From: an uncultured Eubacteriales bacterium
Lineage (GTDB): Bacteria > Bacillota > Clostridia > Oscillospirales > Acutalibacteraceae
DNA length: 64,000 nucleotides
NCBI GenBank assembly: GCA_934692675.1
Contig: CAKUUD010000002.1
Coordinates: 173,036-237,035, forward strand
Direction of reading: 5' to 3'
Shown one piece after another: positions 51,877 through 59,668 of the stretch (position 1 is the stretch's first letter; each line of letters begins with the position of its first letter). The notes beneath the pieces were generated by a model. The model did not search any database and was not told the DNA's origin. It saw nothing but the letters and a program-made list of their open reading frames with translations. The translations under genes were made by a program, and so were the position numbers.

Positions 51877-53247
51877 ATGTTTAAAAAAATAGCTATGTGT
51901 TTGTGCTTTTCACTATTACTATCAGGAAAAATTTGCGCTACGGCTCCCGGCGAAGAAAATCCTAAAGATATTCCGGAAGGTTCATTTAAAATAACCCCTT
52001 GGCAAGTTGAAGGAAAAGTTGATTATGACGCTGTGCTTGACCAATTCGGAGTAGAACCTCTTACAAAAGATATAATTAATCGCTGGGAAAGCTTAATGAA
52101 AAGATCAGGGAAAAATATAAAATTGCATCCATGGGTAACACGAGGAATATTTTTTTCGCATAGGCATTTTAATGAGATTTTGGATGCTTATGAAAGTTAT
52201 TTAAACGAGAAAGAGAAAGATCCGAACGCCCAATGCCCTATATTTGTGTATACAGGCCGCGGTCCCAGCTCAGATGCCATGCATTTGGGGCATTTAGTTC
52301 CATTTATGTTTGCCAAATATTTGCAAGATGCATTTGATTGTAATGTAGTGATACAAATGTCCGATGATGAAAAATTTTATTTTAAAGATATGACGTTTAA
52401 AACAGTTTACGATTTGGGAAGAAAAAATTCAAAGGACATAATAGCTGTTGGATTTGACCCGAAGAAAACTTTTATATTTTCTAACCATGATTACCGGCTT
52501 TCATGCAGAGATTACGAAGAGCTTGTCACCGAGATGAGAAAATGCGTTACATTTCATACATTGCAAAAAGTTTTTGGATTTGATGACCAAGCAAACCCCG
52601 GAATGATAGATTGGCCGGTATATCAGTGCGCTGCGGCTTTTTATCAATCGTATCCGCATCTTTTTAAAAAACCTGCATTATGTCTTGTTGCTTATGCGAT
52701 AGATCAGGATCCGTACTTCAGACTTTCATCGCAGCTTTCAAATACTCTTAACAAGAGAATACGAAGTAAGTCGGTGTCTGCTCCGGTTAAACATACATTC
52801 AGCCCGTGCTCAATAATCGGGAAATTTATTCCTCCGCTTACTTTTAATAAAAACGGCGAAGCTAAAGAGAGAAATACAGGAAAAATGAGTTCCAGTGTGT
52901 CTGCTGAGTCTACGATATTTTTAACTGACACTCCTGCACAAATAAAGAAGAAAGTTAATAAATATGCTTTTTCCGGCTCTAGAGGCGACGGCACTTTGGA
53001 AGATCATAGACGAGTGGGCGGGGATATAACGCTGGATGTTGCGTGCCAATATTTGAACTTTTTTGAGACAGATGACGAAACGTTAAATAGCATTTACTCA
53101 GATTTTACTGCTGGTAGAATCACTTGCGGAGATACTAAAAGATTACTTATAGATAGGCTTGTTAAAATTGTAGGGGAGCATCAAAGAAGAATTTCACAAA
53201 TTACCCAAGAAGATATTGATGAATTTTATTCACAAAATAAGAAGTAA
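51877..53247 (+). CDS. Eukaryote/archaeal-type tryptophanyl-tRNA synthetase homologue carrying an N-terminal Sec signal peptide
   Basis: Extended near-identity blocks to human WARS1: RGIFFSHR, YTGRGPSSDAMHLGHLVPF (HIGH), VIQMSDDEKF, KTFIFS, HVTF, AIDQDPYFR, KMSSS (KMSAS class), IFLTDT, KKVNKYAFSG; preceded by cleavable-looking signal peptide MFKKIAMCLCFSLLLSGKICA and RBS GAAGGAG. Confidence 0.8.
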   Translation: MFKKIAMCLCFSLLLSGKICATAPGEENPKDIPEGSFKITPWQVEGKVDYDAVLDQFGVEPLTKDIINRWESLMKRSGKNIKLHPWVTRGIFFSHRHFNEILDAYESYLNEKEKDPNAQCPIFVYTGRGPSSDAMHLGHLVPFMFAKYLQDAFDCNVVIQMSDDEKFYFKDMTFKTVYDLGRKNSKDIIAVGFDPKKTFIFSNHDYRLSCRDYEELVTEMRKCVTFHTLQKVFGFDDQANPGMIDWPVYQCAAAFYQSYPHLFKKPALCLVAYAIDQDPYFRLSSQLSNTLNKRIRSKSVSAPVKHTFSPCSIIGKFIPPLTFNKNGEAKERNTGKMSSSVSAESTIFLTDTPAQIKKKVNKYAFSGSRGDGTLEDHRRVGGDITLDVACQYLNFFETDDETLNSIYSDFTAGRITCGDTKRLLIDRLVKIVGEHQRRISQITQEDIDEFYSQNKK

Positions 53248-53376
53248 ATATTAAATTTTAAATTTGTATTGAAAAACATATTTTCATGTGGTAATATTTT
53301 CCCGAATTTACAAAGAAAGGAAATTTGCCATGCAATTGTTAATTTGTGACGTAAAATTTAATAGCTGGCAAAGCTG

Positions 53377-53505
53377 CTACAAATAAGATATTTGTAGTGG
53401 ACCTTTTGACTGCGCCGCTTACAGGTATCTTAAAAATATCTGTAGCGGCTTTTATATTTTAAGAAAGCCGAAACGTATAAAATCGTTTGGGCTTTTTATT
53501 TTTTT
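53377..53505 (+). promoter_or_regulatory. Structured leader with a perfect hairpin and two tandem intrinsic-terminator-like hairpins upstream of the TrpXYZ-like ABC operon (candidate attenuator/riboregulator)
   Basis: Hairpin CTACAAAT-aagat-ATTTGTAG (53377-53397); terminator GCCGCTTACAG...CTGTAGCGGC + U-tract (53414-53460); second GCCGAAACG...CGTTTGGGC + U-tract (53467-53505); hairpin 3' arm and terminator share ATxTGTAGxGG, suggesting alternative pairing. Confidence 0.4.
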
Positions 53506-53607
53506 GGAGGTAGATAAAGTATTTATAGGTTACGCCTTACAATAGTTTGGGGATATAATAAAAAATTTTGATTAGTGAAAGTTATAAATTAAGAGGTGTA
53601 AATTAAA

Positions 53608-54567
53608 ATGAAGAAACTTTTTAAATTGATATTTTTATTACCAATTTTGTCTTCGATATTTTTTATAAGCTGCAAAAAAGATGATTCCAAAATTAAAATA
53701 GGTATAATGCAAATCGTAGAGCATGAATCTCTTGACAGCGCCAGGCAAGGATTTATAGATGAGCTTGAAAATTTGGGGTATGAACAGGGTAAAAACGTAG
53801 AATTTGACATTCAAATTGCATCGGGGGACATTTCAAACTGCGTTACTATAGCCGAAAAATTTGTGAATGACAAAAAAGATATTGTTTTAGCTATTTCAAC
53901 CCCTTGTGCACAAACGATGGCAAATGCCACAAAAGATATCCCTATTTTAGTGGCGGCTGTAACAGATTTTGAGGGGCTCGGGATTATAAATTCCGAAGAA
54001 AAGCCCGGAAAAAATGTAACAGGAGTATCGGACCTTGCGCCTACGGATAAAATAATTTCTTTGATTAAAAAATTAAAGCCGGATTCTAAAAAAGTTGGAG
54101 TTTTATACTCCGTAACGGATTCCAGTCCTCAGTATCAAGCAAAGATCGCACAGCAAGAAATAAAAAAACTTGGTATGCAGTGCAAATCCGCAAGTGTTTC
54201 TCAAATTAATGAGGTTGAACAAGTGGCCGAAAATCTGGCAAAAGATGTCGATGCTCTCTATGCGCCGGTAGACAAAATTACTTTCTCCACGATGCCAAAA
54301 ATTTCACAAATATTTTTAAAAAATAAAAAATTTGTTGTTTGTGCGGAAGACAATATGCTCTCCAAAGGTGCAATTGCAACATACGGGATTGATTACTATG
54401 AATTAGGAAAAATTGTGGCTTCTCAGGCGTCAAAAATTTTGAAAGGGGAAGAAAAAATAGAAAACATTCCGATTGAACATATACGAAATGCGAAACTTAA
54501 TTTAAATTATGATATTGCCGAAAAACTTGGTATAGATGTTACAAAAATTTTGAAAGGAGAAAGCTGA
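53608..54567 (+). CDS. ABC transporter substrate-binding lipoprotein, PF04392 (ABC_sub_bind / TrpX-like) family
   Basis: Lipobox (FFISC); IGIMQIVEHESLDSARQGFIDEL N-terminal block typical of PF04392 binding proteins. Confidence 0.7.
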   Translation: MKKLFKLIFLLPILSSIFFISCKKDDSKIKIGIMQIVEHESLDSARQGFIDELENLGYEQGKNVEFDIQIASGDISNCVTIAEKFVNDKKDIVLAISTPCAQTMANATKDIPILVAAVTDFEGLGIINSEEKPGKNVTGVSDLAPTDKIISLIKKLKPDSKKVGVLYSVTDSSPQYQAKIAQQEIKKLGMQCKSASVSQINEVEQVAENLAKDVDALYAPVDKITFSTMPKISQIFLKNKKFVVCAEDNMLSKGAIATYGIDYYELGKIVASQASKILKGEEKIENIPIEHIRNAKLNLNYDIAEKLGIDVTKILKGES

Positions 54568-55442
54568 TGGATATTATAATTTCAACTATATTTCAGGGGT
54601 TAATTTATTCCGTTTTGGGCATGGGTGTGTTCATAGCGTTTAGGATTTTAAATTTTGCTGATATGACCGCTGAAGGGAGCTTTACTCTCGGTGGAAGCAT
54701 TTGCGCAGTTATGATTTTGCACGGAGTGCATCCTGCAATCAGTATAGTTGTTGCCGGGCTTTTTGGAACTTTAGCCGGATTTTTTACCGGATTCTTAAAT
54801 ACTAAACTTAAAATTCAAGGTATACTCTCGGGAATTTTAGTAATGATTTCACTTTATTCCGTTAACCTGAGAATTATGAGGAAAGCTAATTTATCAATTT
54901 TAGGGAAAGAAACTATTTTTAAATTTAATGGAAGTTCGAATATTACTAATTTTATTTTCGGAATATGCATATGCGGATTTTTGATATTAATTTTGTGGCT
55001 GTTTTTTAAAACAAGACTTGGGCTTACAATAAAAGCTACTGGCGATAATGAACAAATGGCTAAATCTTTGGAAGTAAATACGGATTTTAGTAAAATTTTT
55101 GCACTTATGATAAGTAGTTTTTTATGCGCCTTATCAGGTGCTCTGGTGGTAGAAAATCAGGGCTATTCCGACGTTAACATGGGCGTGGGAGTGATTGTAA
55201 TTGCACTTTCGTCAATTGTTATAGGCGAAGCCATTGTAAAAAAGGATTCAATAATATCCAAATTAATAGGCGTGGTTTTGGGTACGATTTGTTATAAATT
55301 TATGATTTATTTTGTTCTGAGGATGGGTATGAACCCTGGCGATTTAAAATTTTTCACTGCACTTATTGCCGCTGTTCTATTGGGCCTGCCGAACATTCAA
55401 AAAAATTTTAAAGGAGTGAAGAATAAAAATGTTGAAGCTTAA
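54567..55442 (+). CDS. ABC transporter permease (TrpY-like)
   Basis: 291 aa polytopic; coupled to binding-protein and ATPase genes. Confidence 0.7.
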   Translation: MDIIISTIFQGLIYSVLGMGVFIAFRILNFADMTAEGSFTLGGSICAVMILHGVHPAISIVVAGLFGTLAGFFTGFLNTKLKIQGILSGILVMISLYSVNLRIMRKANLSILGKETIFKFNGSSNITNFIFGICICGFLILILWLFFKTRLGLTIKATGDNEQMAKSLEVNTDFSKIFALMISSFLCALSGALVVENQGYSDVNMGVGVIVIALSSIVIGEAIVKKDSIISKLIGVVLGTICYKFMIYFVLRMGMNPGDLKFFTALIAAVLLGLPNIQKNFKGVKNKNVEA

Positions 55443-56190
55443 AGAAATACACAAAAGTTTTGGAGAAGACTCTTCAAATAAAAAAGTTATTTTTGAAGAA
55501 TTTAATCTAGATATAAAAAGAGGAGAATTCGTTACGGTAATTGGAGGTAATGGGTGTGGCAAATCCACTCTTATGAATTTGATTTCAGGATCTGTTTTTC
55601 CTAAAAAAGGTCGAATATTTATAGATGGAAAAGATGTTACTTATATGCCCGAACACGAAAGAGCCAAGATGATAGGGCGGGTGTTCCAAGATCCTCTGAG
55701 AGGCACTGCGCCTAATCTTACTGTTGAAGAAAATTTATCTTTGGCGTTTTTAAAAGGCGAAAAAAAAGGATTGAAATTCAGCATAAACAAAAATAGAAGA
55801 GAAATTTTAAAAGAAAAACTAAAATCACTTAATTTAGGCCTGGAGAATCGTCTGGATGCAAAAATGGGGCTCCTTTCCGGAGGACAGAGGCAAGCAATTA
55901 CACTTCTCATGGCTACTTTAAAGAAACCTAAAATTCTTCTTTTGGATGAGCATACAGCAGCTTTGGATCCTAAGTCTTCGGAAAAAATACTTGAAATAAC
56001 AGAAAGGATAGCGTCTGATCCTGAAATTACAACTCTAATGATCACACATAATATAAGAGATTCGCTTAAAATAGGTACACGTACCATTATGCTTAATTTG
56101 GGGAAGGTGGTAATAGATTTGAACGGAGAATACAGAAAAATTATGAGCTCCGAAAAGTTGCAAAAATTATTTGATGATATCAATTATTAG
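55429..56190 (+). CDS. ABC transporter ATP-binding protein (TrpZ-like)
   Basis: Walker A GGNGCGKST, LSGGQRQ, Walker B LLLDEHTAALD. Confidence 0.85.
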   Translation: MLKLKEIHKSFGEDSSNKKVIFEEFNLDIKRGEFVTVIGGNGCGKSTLMNLISGSVFPKKGRIFIDGKDVTYMPEHERAKMIGRVFQDPLRGTAPNLTVEENLSLAFLKGEKKGLKFSINKNRREILKEKLKSLNLGLENRLDAKMGLLSGGQRQAITLLMATLKKPKILLLDEHTAALDPKSSEKILEITERIASDPEITTLMITHNIRDSLKIGTRTIMLNLGKVVIDLNGEYRKIMSSEKLQKLFDDINY

Positions 56191-56271
56191 AATAAAAATT
56201 TTATATTATTGATTTATTCACCTAAAACGCTTAACTAAAATTCCTCTGCAGTTTAGACCTACTAATTGTAA

Positions 56272-56317
56272 ATAAAAACCCCCTACAGCTTATTTGGGCT
56301 GTAGGGGAAAATTTTTG
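56272..56317. terminator. Bidirectional intrinsic terminator
   Basis: CCCCCTACAGC-ttatttgg-GCTGTAGGGG flanked by A-run and T-run. Confidence 0.7.
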
Positions 56318-56323
56318 ATTAAT

Positions 56324-57511
56324 TTAAATTTTCTTGCATATCTCTTCAAATTCTTTGTAATAATTATTGGAGCGACTGCTTGTACATCTTGGAGCAAATT
56401 TAATGTCTTCGTTATAGATATTAAGTATAGCTTCGGGCTTTACCCAAGGTTTATTTTGAATTTTGCTGGTTTCTTCGTGTGTCAAATATCCCTCATATGA
56501 AACTAATCCTCGTCTTAAATACTCATCTTTTTTGCAAGCTTCAGTTACACCATTTTTTAGAATATTTTCAAAATGAGAAACTAAACAAGCAGAATTTGCA
56601 ACAGATGTCGAACCCGCTATGACAGAAGGAATGTTGGGCACGCAATAGTGCACGACGCCTTCCTCTATGTACGTAGGGTCATTATGATTGGTTTCGTGGA
56701 AAGTTTCTATAACGCCATAATCGTTGCTTATGTCAACTATAACAGAACCCTTGTGCATAGATTTAACCATTTCACGAGTTATTAAAAATTCTTTGTTATC
56801 TTTCGGCCAGCGGACACAGTTAACAATCAAATCTATTTCTGGTAATAATTTTTCTATATTGCACCTATTTGAAAAAAACGTATTAACTTTCCCGTGATAT
56901 TTGCTTTCTATATTCAGAAGTTGCTGATAATTAACATCACCTACAGTAACCCATGCTCCTAATTGATGTAAAAAATCTACTGCAGCAGAACCTACAAGTC
57001 CATATCCAAGCACCATCGCTTTTATATTTGGAGCTCCTGCGAGACCTGATACAAATTTCCCGCACCCGCCATTGATACTTAACATAGAATAAAGCCCCAT
57101 AAACGCCCCGGCTTTTCCTGCTGCTTCGCAGTTTGGGGAACCGTATCTGTAAGTATCTTCAGCAGTAAATGAAATAACTTTTTTATTTAAAAGTGCTTCT
57201 ACTTCTTCAGGATGAGCTGCAGGGTGTATACATGAAAAGACAATTTGCCCTTCTCTTAATAAATCATATTCCGAGGGTTCTATTTCTTTTATTTTTGCAA
57301 CCATGTCGCAAGTTTTATATATTTCTTCTTTGGTATTTAATATTGTTCCTCCGGCATCAATGTATTCTGTGTCTTCGAATCCTGCCAATTTTCCTGCATC
57401 GTGTTCTACAAAAACTTCTGCGCCTTGATTTGTCAGAGTTTTAACTTCGCACGGGGTAGCTACTACTCTGCACTCACCGATTTTTATGTCTTTTAATACA
57501 CCGAATTTCAT
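56324..57511 (-). CDS. Alanine dehydrogenase / AlaDH-PNT family NAD-dependent dehydrogenase
   Basis: Colinear with Ald: N-terminal KDIKIGECRVVATP, Rossmann GYGLVGSAAV, DPTYIEEGVVHYCVPNIPS; 395 aa (C-terminal extension). Confidence 0.65.
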   Translation of the reverse strand: MKFGVLKDIKIGECRVVATPCEVKTLTNQGAEVFVEHDAGKLAGFEDTEYIDAGGTILNTKEEIYKTCDMVAKIKEIEPSEYDLLREGQIVFSCIHPAAHPEEVEALLNKKVISFTAEDTYRYGSPNCEAAGKAGAFMGLYSMLSINGGCGKFVSGLAGAPNIKAMVLGYGLVGSAAVDFLHQLGAWVTVGDVNYQQLLNIESKYHGKVNTFFSNRCNIEKLLPEIDLIVNCVRWPKDNKEFLITREMVKSMHKGSVIVDISNDYGVIETFHETNHNDPTYIEEGVVHYCVPNIPSVIAGSTSVANSACLVSHFENILKNGVTEACKKDEYLRRGLVSYEGYLTHEETSKIQNKPWVKPEAILNIYNEDIKFAPRCTSSRSNNYYKEFEEICKKI

Positions 57512-57741
57512 ACTTAAACACCTTCATTTTAATATATTTTATATATAGTATATAAAAATTTTTATAAATTTACAAATTAAAAGTAATTTATTAATTTTTT
57601 ACATATTAATGAAGCAAATAAGAAATATATAGATATTTTGACAGGGGATGAACGCGAGATAATGTGATGGGTGTTAGTGTTTGTCTAAAAAGCAACAATA
57701 AATCAATAATTTTGGGCATTTATTGAAAGGGGAAATTTAAA

Positions 57742-58404
57742 ATGAGTAAAAAAGTATATTTAAGTCCAAGTTGCCAAATAAATAACGTTTATGCAATTGG
57801 CAACACAAATGAACAAGAACAATGCAATAGAATTGCAGAATTTGCGAAAACAGCTCTTGAAAGGTGTGGGTTTGAAGTTAAAAAGGCTCCCAAGGGGCAA
57901 AGCTTGACAAAAAATATCAGCGAGAGCAACAATTGGAGTGCGGATTTGCATATTCCAATTCATACGAATGCATCTAACGGACAAACTTTAGGCGGAACGC
58001 TCGTCATGATTTACAGTAACGATACTGAAAACAAAAAGGCAGGGAGTGCAATTTTGAATGCTGTTGCACCCATCTCTCCTGGTTCAGATTACAATTTGAG
58101 AGTAAATCCAAGCCTTGCAGAATTAAATTCGACTAAAGCTATTGCGGTTTACGTTGAGTGTGAATTCCACGATACAAAAGAAGGTGCAGATTGGATAATA
58201 AACAACGTCAAATCCCTCGGGGAAGCAATTTGTAAAGGCGTGTGCAATTATTATGGTGCTACATACAAAGAGGATCTTTCCGACAATTCAGACAAACTTT
58301 ACAGAGTGCAAATTGGAGCATTTAGAGAAAAATCAAATGCAGAAAACTGCCTACAAAAAACGAAAAACGCCGGATTTACCGACGCTTTTATAAAAGAGGA
58401 ATAA
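57742..58404 (+). CDS. N-acetylmuramoyl-L-alanine amidase (Amidase_3, CD27L/CwlC-like) with C-terminal SPOR domain
   Basis: LHIPIHTNASNGQ block matches Amidase_3 zinc site; C-terminal LYRVQIGAFREKSNAE...AGFTDAFI matches CwlC SPOR repeat. Confidence 0.65.
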   Translation: MSKKVYLSPSCQINNVYAIGNTNEQEQCNRIAEFAKTALERCGFEVKKAPKGQSLTKNISESNNWSADLHIPIHTNASNGQTLGGTLVMIYSNDTENKKAGSAILNAVAPISPGSDYNLRVNPSLAELNSTKAIAVYVECEFHDTKEGADWIINNVKSLGEAICKGVCNYYGATYKEDLSDNSDKLYRVQIGAFREKSNAENCLQKTKNAGFTDAFIKEE

Positions 58405-58406
58405 AT

Positions 58407-58685
58407 ATGAATCAATATGTATCAAAAATGATTATGGTTGCAATACTAATTGAAGGAATCGTTACATATTTTAATGAGTTTTTTGTTTCGGGAAATATGC
58501 CGTGGCAGATGATTTGTAGTTTAGTATTGGGAATAATTATGTCTGTGTCTTACGAACTCGATTTACCCAAACATCTGGGTCTTAAGTCAACGATCCCGCA
58601 TATTGGCAGTGTTTTAACGGGAGTTTTGATTTCCCGCGGTTCGAACTACTTATATGATTTAATCAATAAACTAACTAAAATATAG
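58407..58685 (+). CDS. Small two-TM membrane protein (holin-like?)
   Basis: 92 aa, two hydrophobic helices, 3-nt gap after amidase gene. Confidence 0.35.
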   Translation: MNQYVSKMIMVAILIEGIVTYFNEFFVSGNMPWQMICSLVLGIIMSVSYELDLPKHLGLKSTIPHIGSVLTGVLISRGSNYLYDLINKLTKI

Positions 58686-58744
58686 GAATTAATTTTGCAC
58701 ATAAAAAGCGTAAGAAAAAATCCCCCAACTGGGGGATTTTTATT

Positions 58745-58835
58745 TGGCGGAGAAGGAGGGATTTGAACCCTCGCGCCGATCGCTCGACCTACACCCTTAG
58801 CAGGGGCGCCTCTTCAGCCACTTGAGTACTTCTCC
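58745..58835 (-). tRNA. tRNA-Ser (anticodon GCU)
   Basis: Minus-strand cloverleaf GGAGAAGUACUCAAGUGGCUGAAGAGG...CCUGCUAAGGG...long variable arm...GGUUCAAAUCCCUCCUUCUCCGCCA. Confidence 0.85.
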
Positions 58836-58869
58836 AAATGTGAAAGTATGAACAAATATTTAATTTCGA

Positions 58870-58958
58870 TGGCGGAGGGAGTGGGATTCGAACCCACGGT
58901 CCCTTGCGGGATCACCAGTTTTCAAGACTGGCTCCTTAAACCACTCGGACACCCCTCC
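58870..58958 (-). tRNA. tRNA-Ser (anticodon UGA)
   Basis: Minus-strand cloverleaf GGAGGGGUGUCCGAGUGGUUUAAGGAG...CUUGAAA anticodon loop...long variable arm...GGUUCGAAUCCCACUCCCUCCGCCA. Confidence 0.85.
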
Positions 58959-59146
58959 AACTGTTTTACATTCACGATTCTATCATAACATAAAATTTAA
59001 GTCAACTATTATTTTGAACTTTTTCAAAATTTTTATAAACACATATTTACGAACCTAAAACAGATTTTTGAATATTATGTTAATGAGAATACTTTTATCA
59101 TCAAAGTTCTTCTCAAAAGAAAAACAATATTTAAGGAGGTCACAAA

Positions 59147-59524
59147 ATGTCTTGTCCATACGAAAAACCATATAAACCTGAACATGAGGTATGCCCTGCG
59201 CTTGGATTTCAAGATGTAGTGGTAGGTGTTCCTGTGGAAATTAAACCTTTTGCTCAAATCGGCAAAGTAAAAACTGAATGTGTCGGCAAACCTATAATCA
59301 AAAGAGGAAGCACAATGTGTGAAGGAAAATCAAAAGAAACTTGCAAATTTACTATAAGTCAAAAAGTAAGAGTTGAAGTTCCGGTACTGTTCGGCGCTAA
59401 AACAGAAATAGGGGAAGCTCGTATAGATTGCAAACACCATGGATTCCCATGCGGCGCTGAAAAAGAAGAAAAAAATTTTGAAGCACCCCAAGAAAGAGAA
59501 TTTTTTTCAGGAATGATAGGATAA
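59147..59524 (+). CDS. Hypothetical Cys-containing small protein (possibly spore-associated)
   Basis: 125 aa, 7 Cys, strong RBS AAGGAGG; followed by terminator hairpin at 59580-59625; adjacent to ger operon. Confidence 0.35.
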   Translation: MSCPYEKPYKPEHEVCPALGFQDVVVGVPVEIKPFAQIGKVKTECVGKPIIKRGSTMCEGKSKETCKFTISQKVRVEVPVLFGAKTEIGEARIDCKHHGFPCGAEKEEKNFEAPQEREFFSGMIG

Positions 59525-59579
59525 AATCTTTTATGATTTACATATAAAATTCGGCTCTCTATAAAACGTTTATATATGT

Positions 59580-59625
59580 CCTCTGTGCGTAATTTTTTAA
59601 AATGCACAGAGGGTTATTTTTTTAT
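59580..59625 (+). terminator. Intrinsic terminator
   Basis: CCTCTGTGCG...TGCACAGAGG stem followed by GTTATTTTTTT. Confidence 0.65.
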
Positions 59626-59668
59626 GAGTGCGTATATTTAAAAATTTTAAGTAAAAATTATTATAGAG

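Noticed and set aside
53248-53607. T-box riboswitch upstream of the TrpXYZ-like ABC operon
   Set aside because: No T-box consensus (AAUUAGGGUGGNACCGCG) or specifier-loop context was found by eye. The region is instead described as an unclassified leader/attenuator.
55641-56183. 180-aa ORF antisense to the ABC ATPase gene, and other antisense/overlapping ORFs (for example 809-1045, 2525-2728, 3335-3733, 23048-23527, 47473-47928, 60562-61014)
   Set aside because: Each is fully embedded antisense in a well-supported conserved gene and has low-complexity or Ser/Ile-rich translations with no RBS. They are typical spurious ORFs in AT-rich DNA.
57742-58958. Prophage remnant (endolysin + holin next to tRNA-Ser genes)
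   Set aside because: No integrase, structural phage genes or att-like direct repeats are visible within the window. The Amidase_3+SPOR architecture equals the sporulation amidase CwlC. Retained as a finding with both interpretations.
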